64,000 nucleotides of DNA from Candidatus Thorarchaeota archaeon (lineage in GTDB: Archaea > Asgardarchaeota > Thorarchaeia > Thorarchaeales > Thorarchaeaceae). Positions 9,970 to 18,494 of this stretch are shown in pieces. Where the stretch lies: positions 1-64,000 of the forward strand of contig JBHLRQ010000002.1 in NCBI GenBank assembly GCA_048882385.1. Reading direction: 5' to 3'. A program made the position numbers and the translations under genes. The notes under the pieces were generated by a model. It was not told the origin of the DNA. It was given only the letters and a program-made list of their open reading frames with translations, and did not search any database. Within the stretch, counting starts at the first letter, position 1. Each line of letters starts with the position of its first letter.

Positions 9970-10712
9970 TTCTTGGCCCCCTTGAATGGATTTCCCCATT
10001 TATTCAAGAATGCTATCTCCTCAGGTGCTTGTCTTGGAGGTCCCAAAGTTCTCTCATTCAACGCATATCCAAGTGTTAAACAAAGAATAGGAACCCAATG
10101 AGGATACGGAATTCCCAACTTTTCTGAAATTTCTCCAACATCATCGAAGTGGTCTAACTGGACTGATGAGATACAACTTCCCAATCCCAGAGCAGTTGCT
10201 GCAAGTGTCATGTTCTCCATCATCATTGCTCCAGCAATGACTGCATGCCTAGGTGATGACCAACCGTATACTCCTCCAGTTCCTCTTAATGTTGCTTGAG
10301 AATTTCCTACGTGCGTCTGATCCACAGCCAGAACAAGAAGAACTGGAGCTCCATGAGTTTCAGGTTTTCCTTTGATGTATTCAAAGCGCGCACCTGATAT
10401 CAGGATGTCGATTGTTCTCTCGCGACTTGACTTTGATTGAATATAATTCAACCGACGTTCCAGTTCCTCTCTTGGTGTTGCCCGTCCAAAGAGTTCGATT
10501 GTTCTGTTTACAGCTTTTTGTCCAATGAATTCCTGTATTTTTTTATCTCGGACAACAATAATTCGCCATGGTTGCTGATTTTCTGCGCTTGGTGCGTAAC
10601 CGCCTGCCTTGATCACCTGATACACAAGTTCATCCGGCACATCTCTGGACGTATCATAGTCCCTTATGGCTCGACGATTCTTGATTGTATGGATTGTTTC
10701 ATTTTCGCCCAA
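9966..10712 (-). CDS. Nitroreductase family protein
   Basis: RRAIRDY, APSAENQQPW, NMTLAATALGLGSC, LTLGY. Confidence 0.9.
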   Translation of the reverse strand: MGENETIHTIKNRRAIRDYDTSRDVPDELVYQVIKAGGYAPSAENQQPWRIIVVRDKKIQEFIGQKAVNRTIELFGRATPREELERRLNYIQSKSSRERTIDILISGARFEYIKGKPETHGAPVLLVLAVDQTHVGNSQATLRGTGGVYGWSSPRHAVIAGAMMMENMTLAATALGLGSCISSVQLDHFDDVGEISEKLGIPYPHWVPILCLTLGYALNERTLGPPRQAPEEIAFLNKWGNPFKGAKK

Positions 10713-10793
10713 ATTTGTGATTCTCCAGTCAGTGATGACTTGGCCGGAGTATCTCTCTCTTAAGTAAGTAACTCAATGACGAGTTCAGAATCA

Positions 10794-10835
10794 AAAAGAG
10801 AATAGTAGACCGTGTTCAGGCAACACGGTCTTACT
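10794..10835 (-). terminator. Hairpin terminator after acyl-CoA dehydrogenase
   Basis: Perfect 10-bp IR AGACCGTGTT(10807-10816)/AACACGGTCT(10822-10831), followed by a T-rich tract on the minus strand. Confidence 0.6.
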
Positions 10836-10839
10836 GCTT

Positions 10840-12048
10840 TTACATTGTAGGTGCATCGCGTCCATCGTACTTAAACCGGAAACCGGTGTCTAGGTTGACA
10901 CTTTCCTTAAGGATAACATTTCCCGCAACAAGTCGTTGAACTTGATTAGTCCCCTCATAGATCTGAAGGAGCTTTGCATCTCTCATCAATTTCTCAGCTG
11001 GATACTCTTCAATATATCCATAACCACCCATGATTTGGATACAATCTATAGCATTCTGCATAGCTGTATCTGATGCAAAGAACTTGGCAAAAGCTGAGTC
11101 TTTTGAGTTGGGAAGGTTTTGGTCAGCAAGCCAGGCTGCATAACGCGTTTGCCATCTTGCAGCGGCTGTCTTTGCTCCCATTTCCGCTAAGGTAAAACTA
11201 ATTCCTTGGAATTTACCAATTGGCTGTCCAAACTGATGACGGATATTTGCAAACTTGGCAGCTTCATCGACTGCTCTTTGGGCTACTCCGGTAGCAATAG
11301 CTGCGATTCCGGCTCTAGTCTTATCAAGAGTCAACATAGCGATCTTGAAGCCATCACCCTCTTTCCCTACAAGGCAATCCGAAGGTACTCGTACATCTTC
11401 AAAAATCACTTCACTTTGAATTGAATTTAGTTGACCCACCTTGTTTTCAACATGCCCGATTTTGACACCTTTGCCTTTGGGAACCATGAATACTGAAAGT
11501 CCCTTATGTTTTAGTTCTGGTTGAGTAGAAGCGAAAACAGTGTAGAGAGATGCTATTGGAGCATTTGTTATCCAACATTTCATTCCGTTGATAACATACT
11601 CGTCACCGTCACGCACCGCTCTTGTGGCTACAGCAGCTGCATCTGATCCTGCCTTTCTTTCAGTCAGAGAGAATGCGCCAAACTTTGCATCCTTTCCAGT
11701 GATTAAAGGTTCTACATACTTTTGCAGCTGTTCAATGGTGGCTCCAATGACAAGGGGGGCGAATGCAAGATTATTGCACATAATCGAAGTTGCCATACCC
11801 GCGCATCCGTACCCTGTTGCCTCTGATACAAGTGTTTCTGCAAGAAGGGATAGTCCTGGTCCTCCAGCCTCTGTAGGGATATGTAGATTCATCAATCCTG
11901 CTTCATAGGCTTTTTGCACAACATCCTTTGGAAACTCATTTTTCTTCTCGAGCTCGTGAGCACGTGGAGTAATGTGTTCCTTTGTGAACTCTTTTGCTCT
12001 TTCAAATAGTTTCTGCTCAGTTTCTGATAGTGAGAAGTCCATCGTCAA
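10840..12048 (-). CDS. Acyl-CoA dehydrogenase
   Basis: FSLTE..AGSD, NGMKCWITNA, RHQFGQPI..FQ, GGYGY..EYPAEKLMRDAK..QIYEGT. Confidence 0.95.
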   Translation of the reverse strand: MTMDFSLSETEQKLFERAKEFTKEHITPRAHELEKKNEFPKDVVQKAYEAGLMNLHIPTEAGGPGLSLLAETLVSEATGYGCAGMATSIMCNNLAFAPLVIGATIEQLQKYVEPLITGKDAKFGAFSLTERKAGSDAAAVATRAVRDGDEYVINGMKCWITNAPIASLYTVFASTQPELKHKGLSVFMVPKGKGVKIGHVENKVGQLNSIQSEVIFEDVRVPSDCLVGKEGDGFKIAMLTLDKTRAGIAAIATGVAQRAVDEAAKFANIRHQFGQPIGKFQGISFTLAEMGAKTAAARWQTRYAAWLADQNLPNSKDSAFAKFFASDTAMQNAIDCIQIMGGYGYIEEYPAEKLMRDAKLLQIYEGTNQVQRLVAGNVILKESVNLDTGFRFKYDGRDAPTM

Positions 12049-12093
12049 TCGACACTGGTTTCCGGTTATGACCTTTTTATGTCTTAGGACTAG

Positions 12094-12480
12094 TCATTTT
12101 GATGGTTTACTTTGTGCCCATAGTGAGATTTCATCACTAGCACGGTATCTAATTCCCAGGAAAATTCCAAGAATCGATCCAAGAATGCTAATTGCGAGGA
12201 GAGCTAATAAAGTCAATAGGGAAAATGACTGGAAATTAATAGATTCTTGAAAAAGCACAAAATCTGGAAAGACTAAGGAGAGTCCGACACGCCTTATTTC
12301 TGGAAAACCGACCCAATTGAGTTCAGTAATCATGAATGGATATTGTACAGGTGCAATCACAAATCCTCCAAGAAGACCTAGCAGCAGTGCAAAGACTATC
12401 CCTAGAATAGCAACAAATTCTTTTTTTTGACGAATTTTCCCGTCAAGAATCCTAATGCGAAAGATAGTATCAACTTGCAA
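12094..12480 (-). CDS. Hypothetical small membrane protein
   Basis: Two hydrophobic segments; fills the intergenic gap; start uncertain. Confidence 0.45.
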   Translation of the reverse strand: MQVDTIFRIRILDGKIRQKKEFVAILGIVFALLLGLLGGFVIAPVQYPFMITELNWVGFPEIRRVGLSLVFPDFVLFQESINFQSFSLLTLLALLAISILGSILGIFLGIRYRASDEISLWAQSKPSK

Positions 12481-12590
12481 TCCTCCTCGGTCCCAACAAG
12501 GGGGGCGTCACGACATAAGCTCTCACGCCCTTACACTTTTGTACTTGTGTTTTCACGCGAAGGTTGCATTATGATGAGGTGTTTCGCAAA

Positions 12591-13763
12591 TTGCCCCTGA
12601 AAAATACGAATATTGTGAGCGCCGCTCAAACAAAATTTGGGAAACTCGATGGAGTTACGCAAAGAGAAATGTTCTCTGAAGCCGTTGACAAGGCTACCAC
12701 TGAAGCTGGTATTCCCAAGAAAGACATACAGGCTGCTTTCATTGGAAGCTTTATCCCTGAGATGTTAATTCATCAAGGACACTCTGCACCCCTATTACTT
12801 GACTTTGCAGGATTGAAAGGATTACCTGCAACGCGTCATGAAGCTGCTTGCGCCTCAGGAGCAACAGCTCTGCGAGCAGGCATCATGGCAATTGAATCTG
12901 GGATGTACGACACTGTTCTCGTTGCAGGAGTTGAGAAGATGACCTCATCAACCACACCTGAGGTCACTGAAGCACTTGCAGCGGCTGCTGATGACCAATT
13001 TGAATCAAGTATAGGTCTTACATTCCCCGGAGTCTTTGCCATTGCTGCTGTCGCACATATGCACAAGTACGGTACAACAGAGGAAGATATGGCGAGGGTG
13101 GCTGTTAAAGCCCATAAGAATGCTTCAACAAATCCTCTTGCTCAGTTTCAAAAAGCAATAGATCTTGAGCAAGCACTCAAACCTTTTGTCATTGCTTGGC
13201 CTCTGAAGTTATTTGATTGCTCTCCGATCTCTGATGGTGCTGCAGCCCTCGTACTGACTTCCAATGAAAAAGCAAAGCAGTATACAGATTTGCCAGTAAA
13301 AATCACTGGTTCAGGTCAGGCTTCAGCATCTATGAACCTATGTGACAGAAACGAGCTCACCTCCTTCAGTGCATCTGTTGATGCTAGTAGAGTCGCTTAC
13401 AAAATGGCAGGCGTTACTGCTGATGACATGGACTTTGCTATTGTTCATGACTGTTTTACAATTGCTGAGATCATTGCAAGTGAAGACATTGGTTTCTTCA
13501 AACCTGGAGAAGGCGCAAAAGCTGTCAAGGACGGCATTACAGCTCTTGATGGTGATAGACCAATAAATCCAATGGGTGGTTTGAAGGCGGTTGGTCATCC
13601 GGTAGGGGCTACTGGCGTTAAACAAGCTGTAGTTGCATATCGAGAATTAATTGGTGATGCAGGTCCAAATCAAGTTTCCAAACATGACAGTGCTGTAGTT
13701 CATAATTTTGGTGGGACCGGGGCTACATGTGTCGTCACAGTGATGAGGAGGGGTGATGCATGA
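12591..13763 (+). CDS. Thiolase (archaeal/SCP2-type acetyl-CoA acyltransferase)
   Basis: EAACASG, GVEKM, DCSPISDGAAA, HDCF, GHPVGATG, HNFGG; TTG start after GAGGTG (ORF track start 12564). Confidence 0.93.
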   Translation: MPLKNTNIVSAAQTKFGKLDGVTQREMFSEAVDKATTEAGIPKKDIQAAFIGSFIPEMLIHQGHSAPLLLDFAGLKGLPATRHEAACASGATALRAGIMAIESGMYDTVLVAGVEKMTSSTTPEVTEALAAAADDQFESSIGLTFPGVFAIAAVAHMHKYGTTEEDMARVAVKAHKNASTNPLAQFQKAIDLEQALKPFVIAWPLKLFDCSPISDGAAALVLTSNEKAKQYTDLPVKITGSGQASASMNLCDRNELTSFSASVDASRVAYKMAGVTADDMDFAIVHDCFTIAEIIASEDIGFFKPGEGAKAVKDGITALDGDRPINPMGGLKAVGHPVGATGVKQAVVAYRELIGDAGPNQVSKHDSAVVHNFGGTGATCVVTVMRRGDA

Positions 13764-14149
13764 GCAAGAATCCTTCAATAGAGGAATACCTGAAGAATAT
13801 CCAAGAAGGTATTTTCAGAGCATATCGTTGTGTTGACTGTGGAATGGTTATTGCACCTCCTTCAGGCTCTTGCTATGGCTGTGGGAGTAGCAAGATGGAA
13901 TGGACTGATGTGAGTGGTAATGGAAAATTAGTATCCTTCACAGTGATTCACATTGCTCCTGATGCCTTTGCAGAAGAAGCTCCTTACTATGTAGCGATAG
14001 TTGAACTTGAAGAAGGAACGAGGGTCAGTGCAAGACTTCTGGGATTTGATCCACTAAAACCACAAGAAGTCAAACTGGGTATTCCATTGAAAATTGACTA
14101 CGAGAAAGGTAAGTCGGGTAGAACCTATCTTGCTTTCAGACCTGCCTAG
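13760..14149 (+). CDS. DUF35 Zn-ribbon/OB-fold protein (thiolase partner)
   Basis: CVDCG..PP...CYGCGS, G.LVSFTVIH, PYYVAIVELEEG; ATGA overlap with thiolase. Confidence 0.9.
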   Translation: MSKNPSIEEYLKNIQEGIFRAYRCVDCGMVIAPPSGSCYGCGSSKMEWTDVSGNGKLVSFTVIHIAPDAFAEEAPYYVAIVELEEGTRVSARLLGFDPLKPQEVKLGIPLKIDYEKGKSGRTYLAFRPA

Positions 14150-14155
14150 TTGAAT

Positions 14156-14184
14156 GGAGGCGTGAGGACCTCTCATGCCTTTTC
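14156..14184 (+). terminator. Hairpin terminator after thiolase-DUF35 operon
   Basis: AGGCGTGAG(14158-14166)/CTCATGCCT(14172-14180) followed by TTT. Confidence 0.5.
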
Positions 14185-14242
14185 CATATCTTCAGAATTC
14201 CTTTAATGCTACGATACATTACGTTTACGAGGCGTGTGAGCA

Positions 14243-15226
14243 TTGGTTGATAAGAAACACACTGATCGCATTCGGACATTTGTCCCACCAGATAAGATGA
14301 CTTTCAATGAGCATGTCGATGGACTCTCTGCAGAGTTCGATCGAAACCTACTCCAACACCATCTTCCTCTTACCTCTGGAGTGCTCAAAGCTGATGAAAC
14401 ATTGGCTAACACCCTTGGTACAATGATTCCAGAGGGCACACGCGAAGCACTGAGAGCTACTGATTTTGTAGGTGTCTTTGGTCGCGTTGTCAAACAGAAA
14501 GGATTCAAGAGCAATATATGCCTGCAGTATTTCTATGTCTGGGACTATCAGGCAGTTCCTGCACATGAAGGGGACTATGAACCAATCTTTGTTTATCTGG
14601 ATGGCTCTAGAAGGTATGCGATTTATGACTTGGTTCACTATTGCTCTCGAAGAGTCGACCTCAAGAAACCTGGAAAAGACAAGATTGGATTTCGTATGAT
14701 TCCTGGTTGGCATTCTTTTCTTCCTGCTGAGTTATCGAAAAACGAGTTGGATAAGGGACTTGAGGTCAAGCCACTTTCTGACCAACATCTTCAATCATGG
14801 TGGTCTATACCCGAAGAGGCTTCACGACTCAAGGTTGAAGGGTTCATTCGAAACCCCTTTTTGATGGAAGCACCTGGTCATTTTATGGACCGACCAGACG
14901 AGAATGCTCGGACAATGTGCTGCTCATTTCTTCATATAGAAAACGCACTTTCCGAATTTGAGAATCCAAAGGATGGTCTTGTTGAAGGAGTCAAGAGAGC
15001 CTTTTCAAACTGCGTAGGTCTTCTCGCCCTTTATAGACTTGGAGCTTTCGTTCAGCTCTTGGGTGAGATGAACGACATTGGAATTGTAAACATCCCCACT
15101 CCGTTGACCTCTGGCGGTATGAACTTAGCCGCAATTGGAGCCATGCTGCAAGAGGGATTTGTCAGTCTCACGAAAGCGGGAAGTGCAATCCTAGAGGGAT
15201 TCTATCAAGATTCTGATGAAGACTAG
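14243..15226 (+). CDS. Hypothetical protein with HEGDYE motif (Vps62/NPP1-like)
   Basis: 327-aa ORF; LQYFYVWDYQ..PAHEGDYEPIFVYL. Confidence 0.6.
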   Translation: MVDKKHTDRIRTFVPPDKMTFNEHVDGLSAEFDRNLLQHHLPLTSGVLKADETLANTLGTMIPEGTREALRATDFVGVFGRVVKQKGFKSNICLQYFYVWDYQAVPAHEGDYEPIFVYLDGSRRYAIYDLVHYCSRRVDLKKPGKDKIGFRMIPGWHSFLPAELSKNELDKGLEVKPLSDQHLQSWWSIPEEASRLKVEGFIRNPFLMEAPGHFMDRPDENARTMCCSFLHIENALSEFENPKDGLVEGVKRAFSNCVGLLALYRLGAFVQLLGEMNDIGIVNIPTPLTSGGMNLAAIGAMLQEGFVSLTKAGSAILEGFYQDSDED

Positions 15227-15975
15227 TTCTCAACTTGCTCTTTGACGGAAACATTCCGACTGAGTGAATGTGTCATTTTACGCCAGTCAACACGGATAAC
15301 AGCATATACAGTAATTATGAGAACAATAATGCTTAGCACTTCGAATGTGATGGAAGCTGGTGTAGTAGGACCCCCGATTCCAAGAATCTCCATAAACCAC
15401 CCTAGACTTAATCTTCCAGCCCAGGTAACTCCTGACAGGAAAATGACTTCCCCTAAAAGACAGGGTAAGAAGAGCTTCCACACAGAGTACCTCGCCACTC
15501 CAAGTGAAACTAAGGCTGGATCTACAGGAAGTGGAGTGGATGCTAGAATGAAAACTGCAAGTGGTGTGGCTCTTGGATGATTCTCAATGAACTCGCTGAA
15601 TCCTGATGTTGAGGTTTCATCAACGAATTTTCTTCCTGCATATCCAAGCGCATAGCTAGTCATGTCACCTATTGTTGCACCAATTCCTGACAATATTCCT
15701 AGAAGCCACGGATCGAAAGCAAACTGTCCTGGTGAAACAGTCAATCCACCCATAACAAACGGTACACCTGCAAATGGGACTTCAATCACTACACTTGCGC
15801 TACCAAGAAAGCATGCTAGAAATGCACCTGGATACCCGAGAAGAATAGACGCTTGAGTCATCCAATCGAACAGAAGAGTTAATGGACTTGTGAGGTCTGG
15901 AATCAATATGAGACTGATCCAATAGATAAGAATCAAGACCATCGCAACAATTAACACTCTGTCAGCTGTTCTCAT
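15223..15975 (-). CDS. VTT/DedA-superfamily (SNARE-associated, VMP1/TMEM41-like) membrane protein
   Basis: GIGATIGDMTSYALG, LASTPLPVD, GVARY..WKLF....LGE. Confidence 0.8.
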   Translation of the reverse strand: MRTADRVLIVAMVLILIYWISLILIPDLTSPLTLLFDWMTQASILLGYPGAFLACFLGSASVVIEVPFAGVPFVMGGLTVSPGQFAFDPWLLGILSGIGATIGDMTSYALGYAGRKFVDETSTSGFSEFIENHPRATPLAVFILASTPLPVDPALVSLGVARYSVWKLFLPCLLGEVIFLSGVTWAGRLSLGWFMEILGIGGPTTPASITFEVLSIIVLIITVYAVIRVDWRKMTHSLSRNVSVKEQVEN

Positions 15976-16030
15976 TTCAAGAAACCATACTCGTCTTCAT
16001 TGAAGCTCAATATGAAGCTTCTCACAATTA

Positions 16031-16759
16031 CTATGCCTCTTCCATCACCGTTTCCCAATCAATCCGAACAACAATATAGATTGCGACAACAACGAGAAGC
16101 AGTGCTACAACCTCAATGACCCTTGAAAACAAGCTCAAAGGGTCAGTTCCACCAAAGAGTAATCCAATGAATTCTAGTCCAAACCTACCCGCCCACGCAA
16201 TCCCCATCAGGAACATCGTTTTGCCAACAAGTTGAGGAACAGCTACCTTCCACCATGGATATCGCGCAGCTCCAAGAGGGATTATAAGAATATCATCAGG
16301 GATCGGAGTAGCTGCAAGAAACCACAGAACAATTGGAGTAGCTCTTGGGTGTGATTCGATGAACATCTTGAATTTGGTTCTCTGGTCTTCATTGATTAAG
16401 GAGCCTCCACCATATCCAATGAAGTATCCAGTCATTTCACCTAACATCGCTCCAATGCCAGAAACAATCCCAATGACCCATGGATTGAAAACGAATACGG
16501 ATCCTACAGTGAGCCCCCCCATAATGAAAGGAACTGCTATGTATGGAAATGGAAAAAGAACTGTGGCATTTCCTAGGATTGATATAATGAACGTCCCTGG
16601 ATATCCTATTGACAGTGAGAGGTTCAATAGAACATTATACGCAGCTGCAAATGGACTGCTGAAAGTTGGATACACCATTCCAACGACTAAATACACAAAG
16701 AGAAACGAGACTGAGATAATCAATAGCTTGTCTGCTCTTTTTGATAGCATAGAGTCCAC
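16031..16759 (-). CDS. VTT/DedA-superfamily membrane protein (tandem paralogue)
   Basis: NATVLFPFPY, GIGAMLGEMTGYFIG, LAATPIPDD...PLG..RY.WWK......VGK. Confidence 0.82.
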   Translation of the reverse strand: MDSMLSKRADKLLIISVSFLFVYLVVGMVYPTFSSPFAAAYNVLLNLSLSIGYPGTFIISILGNATVLFPFPYIAVPFIMGGLTVGSVFVFNPWVIGIVSGIGAMLGEMTGYFIGYGGGSLINEDQRTKFKMFIESHPRATPIVLWFLAATPIPDDILIIPLGAARYPWWKVAVPQLVGKTMFLMGIAWAGRFGLEFIGLLFGGTDPLSLFSRVIEVVALLLVVVAIYIVVRIDWETVMEEA

Positions 16760-16857
16760 AGGTCAGAGCTTTAATGGCTGGGATAAGAAGGTTCCTTCAC
16801 ACTCCTGCTGGTAACTTTAAGAGGTAAGTCGACAACAGGACTTTTGGGTACTCGGAG

Positions 16858-18117
16858 ATGAGAATCGACCTGCATTACGGAGAGGGATTACTACCCCTGG
16901 AGATCAGCTCATCCACTGAACATGTTGTTCCTCAGACGGTAGATGTGCATCCCAATACCGCTGCAGAGCTATTGAGGGTTCTAGAAACTCCTGCTGACTC
17001 TGCTCCTCTTTCAGAGATTGTTTCAAGGGCAAATTCAATTTCCATTGTAGTCAATCAGATTGAACATCCCGAGCTTGCACGGAATCTACTTCATTTTCTA
17101 CTAAATAGTGTTGAAACGTTCTCATTCAACCCGGATGATATTACAATAATCTATCCTATTGATCCCGACCAAAGAATTTCATCAAATGAGATTGACGAGA
17201 TGTTGGGATCTCCCGAATCCAGGGGTCACTCTTTGGTTCTTCACAATCCAAATTCAAACGAAATGCTGAATCTAGTTGGTGAAACGCCAAGTAACTCAAC
17301 ACCTGTTTTTGTGAATGAGAGGTTTCTGTGTACTGATGTAAAAATTGGACTAGGTCAAATCCGCCCTGATGTCTTTGCTGGTGCAACAGGAGGTAGGATG
17401 TCGGTATTGCCCTATGCGTCTGGAATCAGGACAATTACGAGAAATACTCGGCTTAGAACAACTCATAATTTCGGACCCTTTAACCTGACAACTCCTTCAT
17501 GTATTGATATGATTGAAGCTTCAAAGCTAGGTGGTCTTGATTTTATTGTGAATTATGTTTCTGACTGGTTGGGTAATGTTGCACATATATGCGCTGGCAA
17601 TCCATATTCTTCCTGGGAATCCGGAGTTGATTCTGCGAAGATGCTTGCCAATGCAGAATTCACTCGCCGAGCGGACATTGCAATTGTAAGTGCTGGTGGT
17701 TATCCTTCAGATTTGACTCTCTATGATGCTATTGATAGTCTTCATACTGCATTTGAAGTAACTGAAAATGGCGGTGCAATTGTTTTGATTGCAGAATGTA
17801 ATAAGGGGGTTGGTCCAAAAGGTTTCATTCGCGGAGTGTCAGAATTCTCTTCTGAAAATGATGTTACCTTGGCAGCTGAAATCGGGTTCGAACTCGGATT
17901 TGAGAAAGCTCAGTTTTTCTGGAATGTCCTGTCCTCAAGAAAGCTTGTGATATGCAGTCGACTTCGACACTCACTTGTGGAAGAACGCCTTCGTAGTGAA
18001 GCTGTGAGAGATCCGCAAGAAGGACTTGAGGTTGCTCAGACTATGCTTGCATCAAAGAGGAAAATCGCAGTAATACCCCATGGTATTAGAACCGTTCCTC
18101 ATTTTAAGAATCACTGA
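16858..18117 (+). CDS. Lactate racemase LarA-domain protein, catalytic/cofactor residues degenerate
   Basis: LHYG N-terminus, VLHNP...LVGET, FAG.TGG..SVLP, ADIAIVSAGGYPSD.TLY, GGAIVLIAEC.KGVG. Confidence 0.8.
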   Translation: MRIDLHYGEGLLPLEISSSTEHVVPQTVDVHPNTAAELLRVLETPADSAPLSEIVSRANSISIVVNQIEHPELARNLLHFLLNSVETFSFNPDDITIIYPIDPDQRISSNEIDEMLGSPESRGHSLVLHNPNSNEMLNLVGETPSNSTPVFVNERFLCTDVKIGLGQIRPDVFAGATGGRMSVLPYASGIRTITRNTRLRTTHNFGPFNLTTPSCIDMIEASKLGGLDFIVNYVSDWLGNVAHICAGNPYSSWESGVDSAKMLANAEFTRRADIAIVSAGGYPSDLTLYDAIDSLHTAFEVTENGGAIVLIAECNKGVGPKGFIRGVSEFSSENDVTLAAEIGFELGFEKAQFFWNVLSSRKLVICSRLRHSLVEERLRSEAVRDPQEGLEVAQTMLASKRKIAVIPHGIRTVPHFKNH

Positions 18118-18124
18118 ATCTCCT

Positions 18125-18421
18125 TCATACAAAGAGGGCATCTACAGCATCGATTGCGCCTTTAGCTTCTTCAGGACTAAACTCTGGTAGTTCACCAATC
18201 TTAGCAATCTTGATGGTGACCAAGGCATCTTCATTTTTTGGTTCCATTACCCAAGACATGTCTATCCCAGGTTGTTCAGAAATAAACTGACCCAGCATCT
18301 CCAACCAAGCTTCTTTGACATCATCTATCTTAAGGTAGATGAATTCTATCAATGGAATGGTTATCTCTACTTTGAGAATGCGCCCGTCAACAATGTTGTA
18401 GTTTTCTATGTCCCAAGGCAT
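18125..18421 (-). CDS. Hypothetical acidic protein
   Basis: 98-aa ORF with GGAGG upstream; co-oriented downstream of the surface-protein genes. Confidence 0.55.
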   Translation of the reverse strand: MPWDIENYNIVDGRILKVEITIPLIEFIYLKIDDVKEAWLEMLGQFISEQPGIDMSWVMEPKNEDALVTIKIAKIGELPEFSPEEAKGAIDAVDALFV

Positions 18422-18494
18422 CGCTGAGCACGTCCTCCTTCAATTCTGTATGATACATAAGTGTTCTTGGCTCGAAAGGGTTTCCAAACTGATA

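Noticed and set aside
12591-14149. Thiolase-DUF35 pair
   Set aside because: Well-described archaeal arrangement
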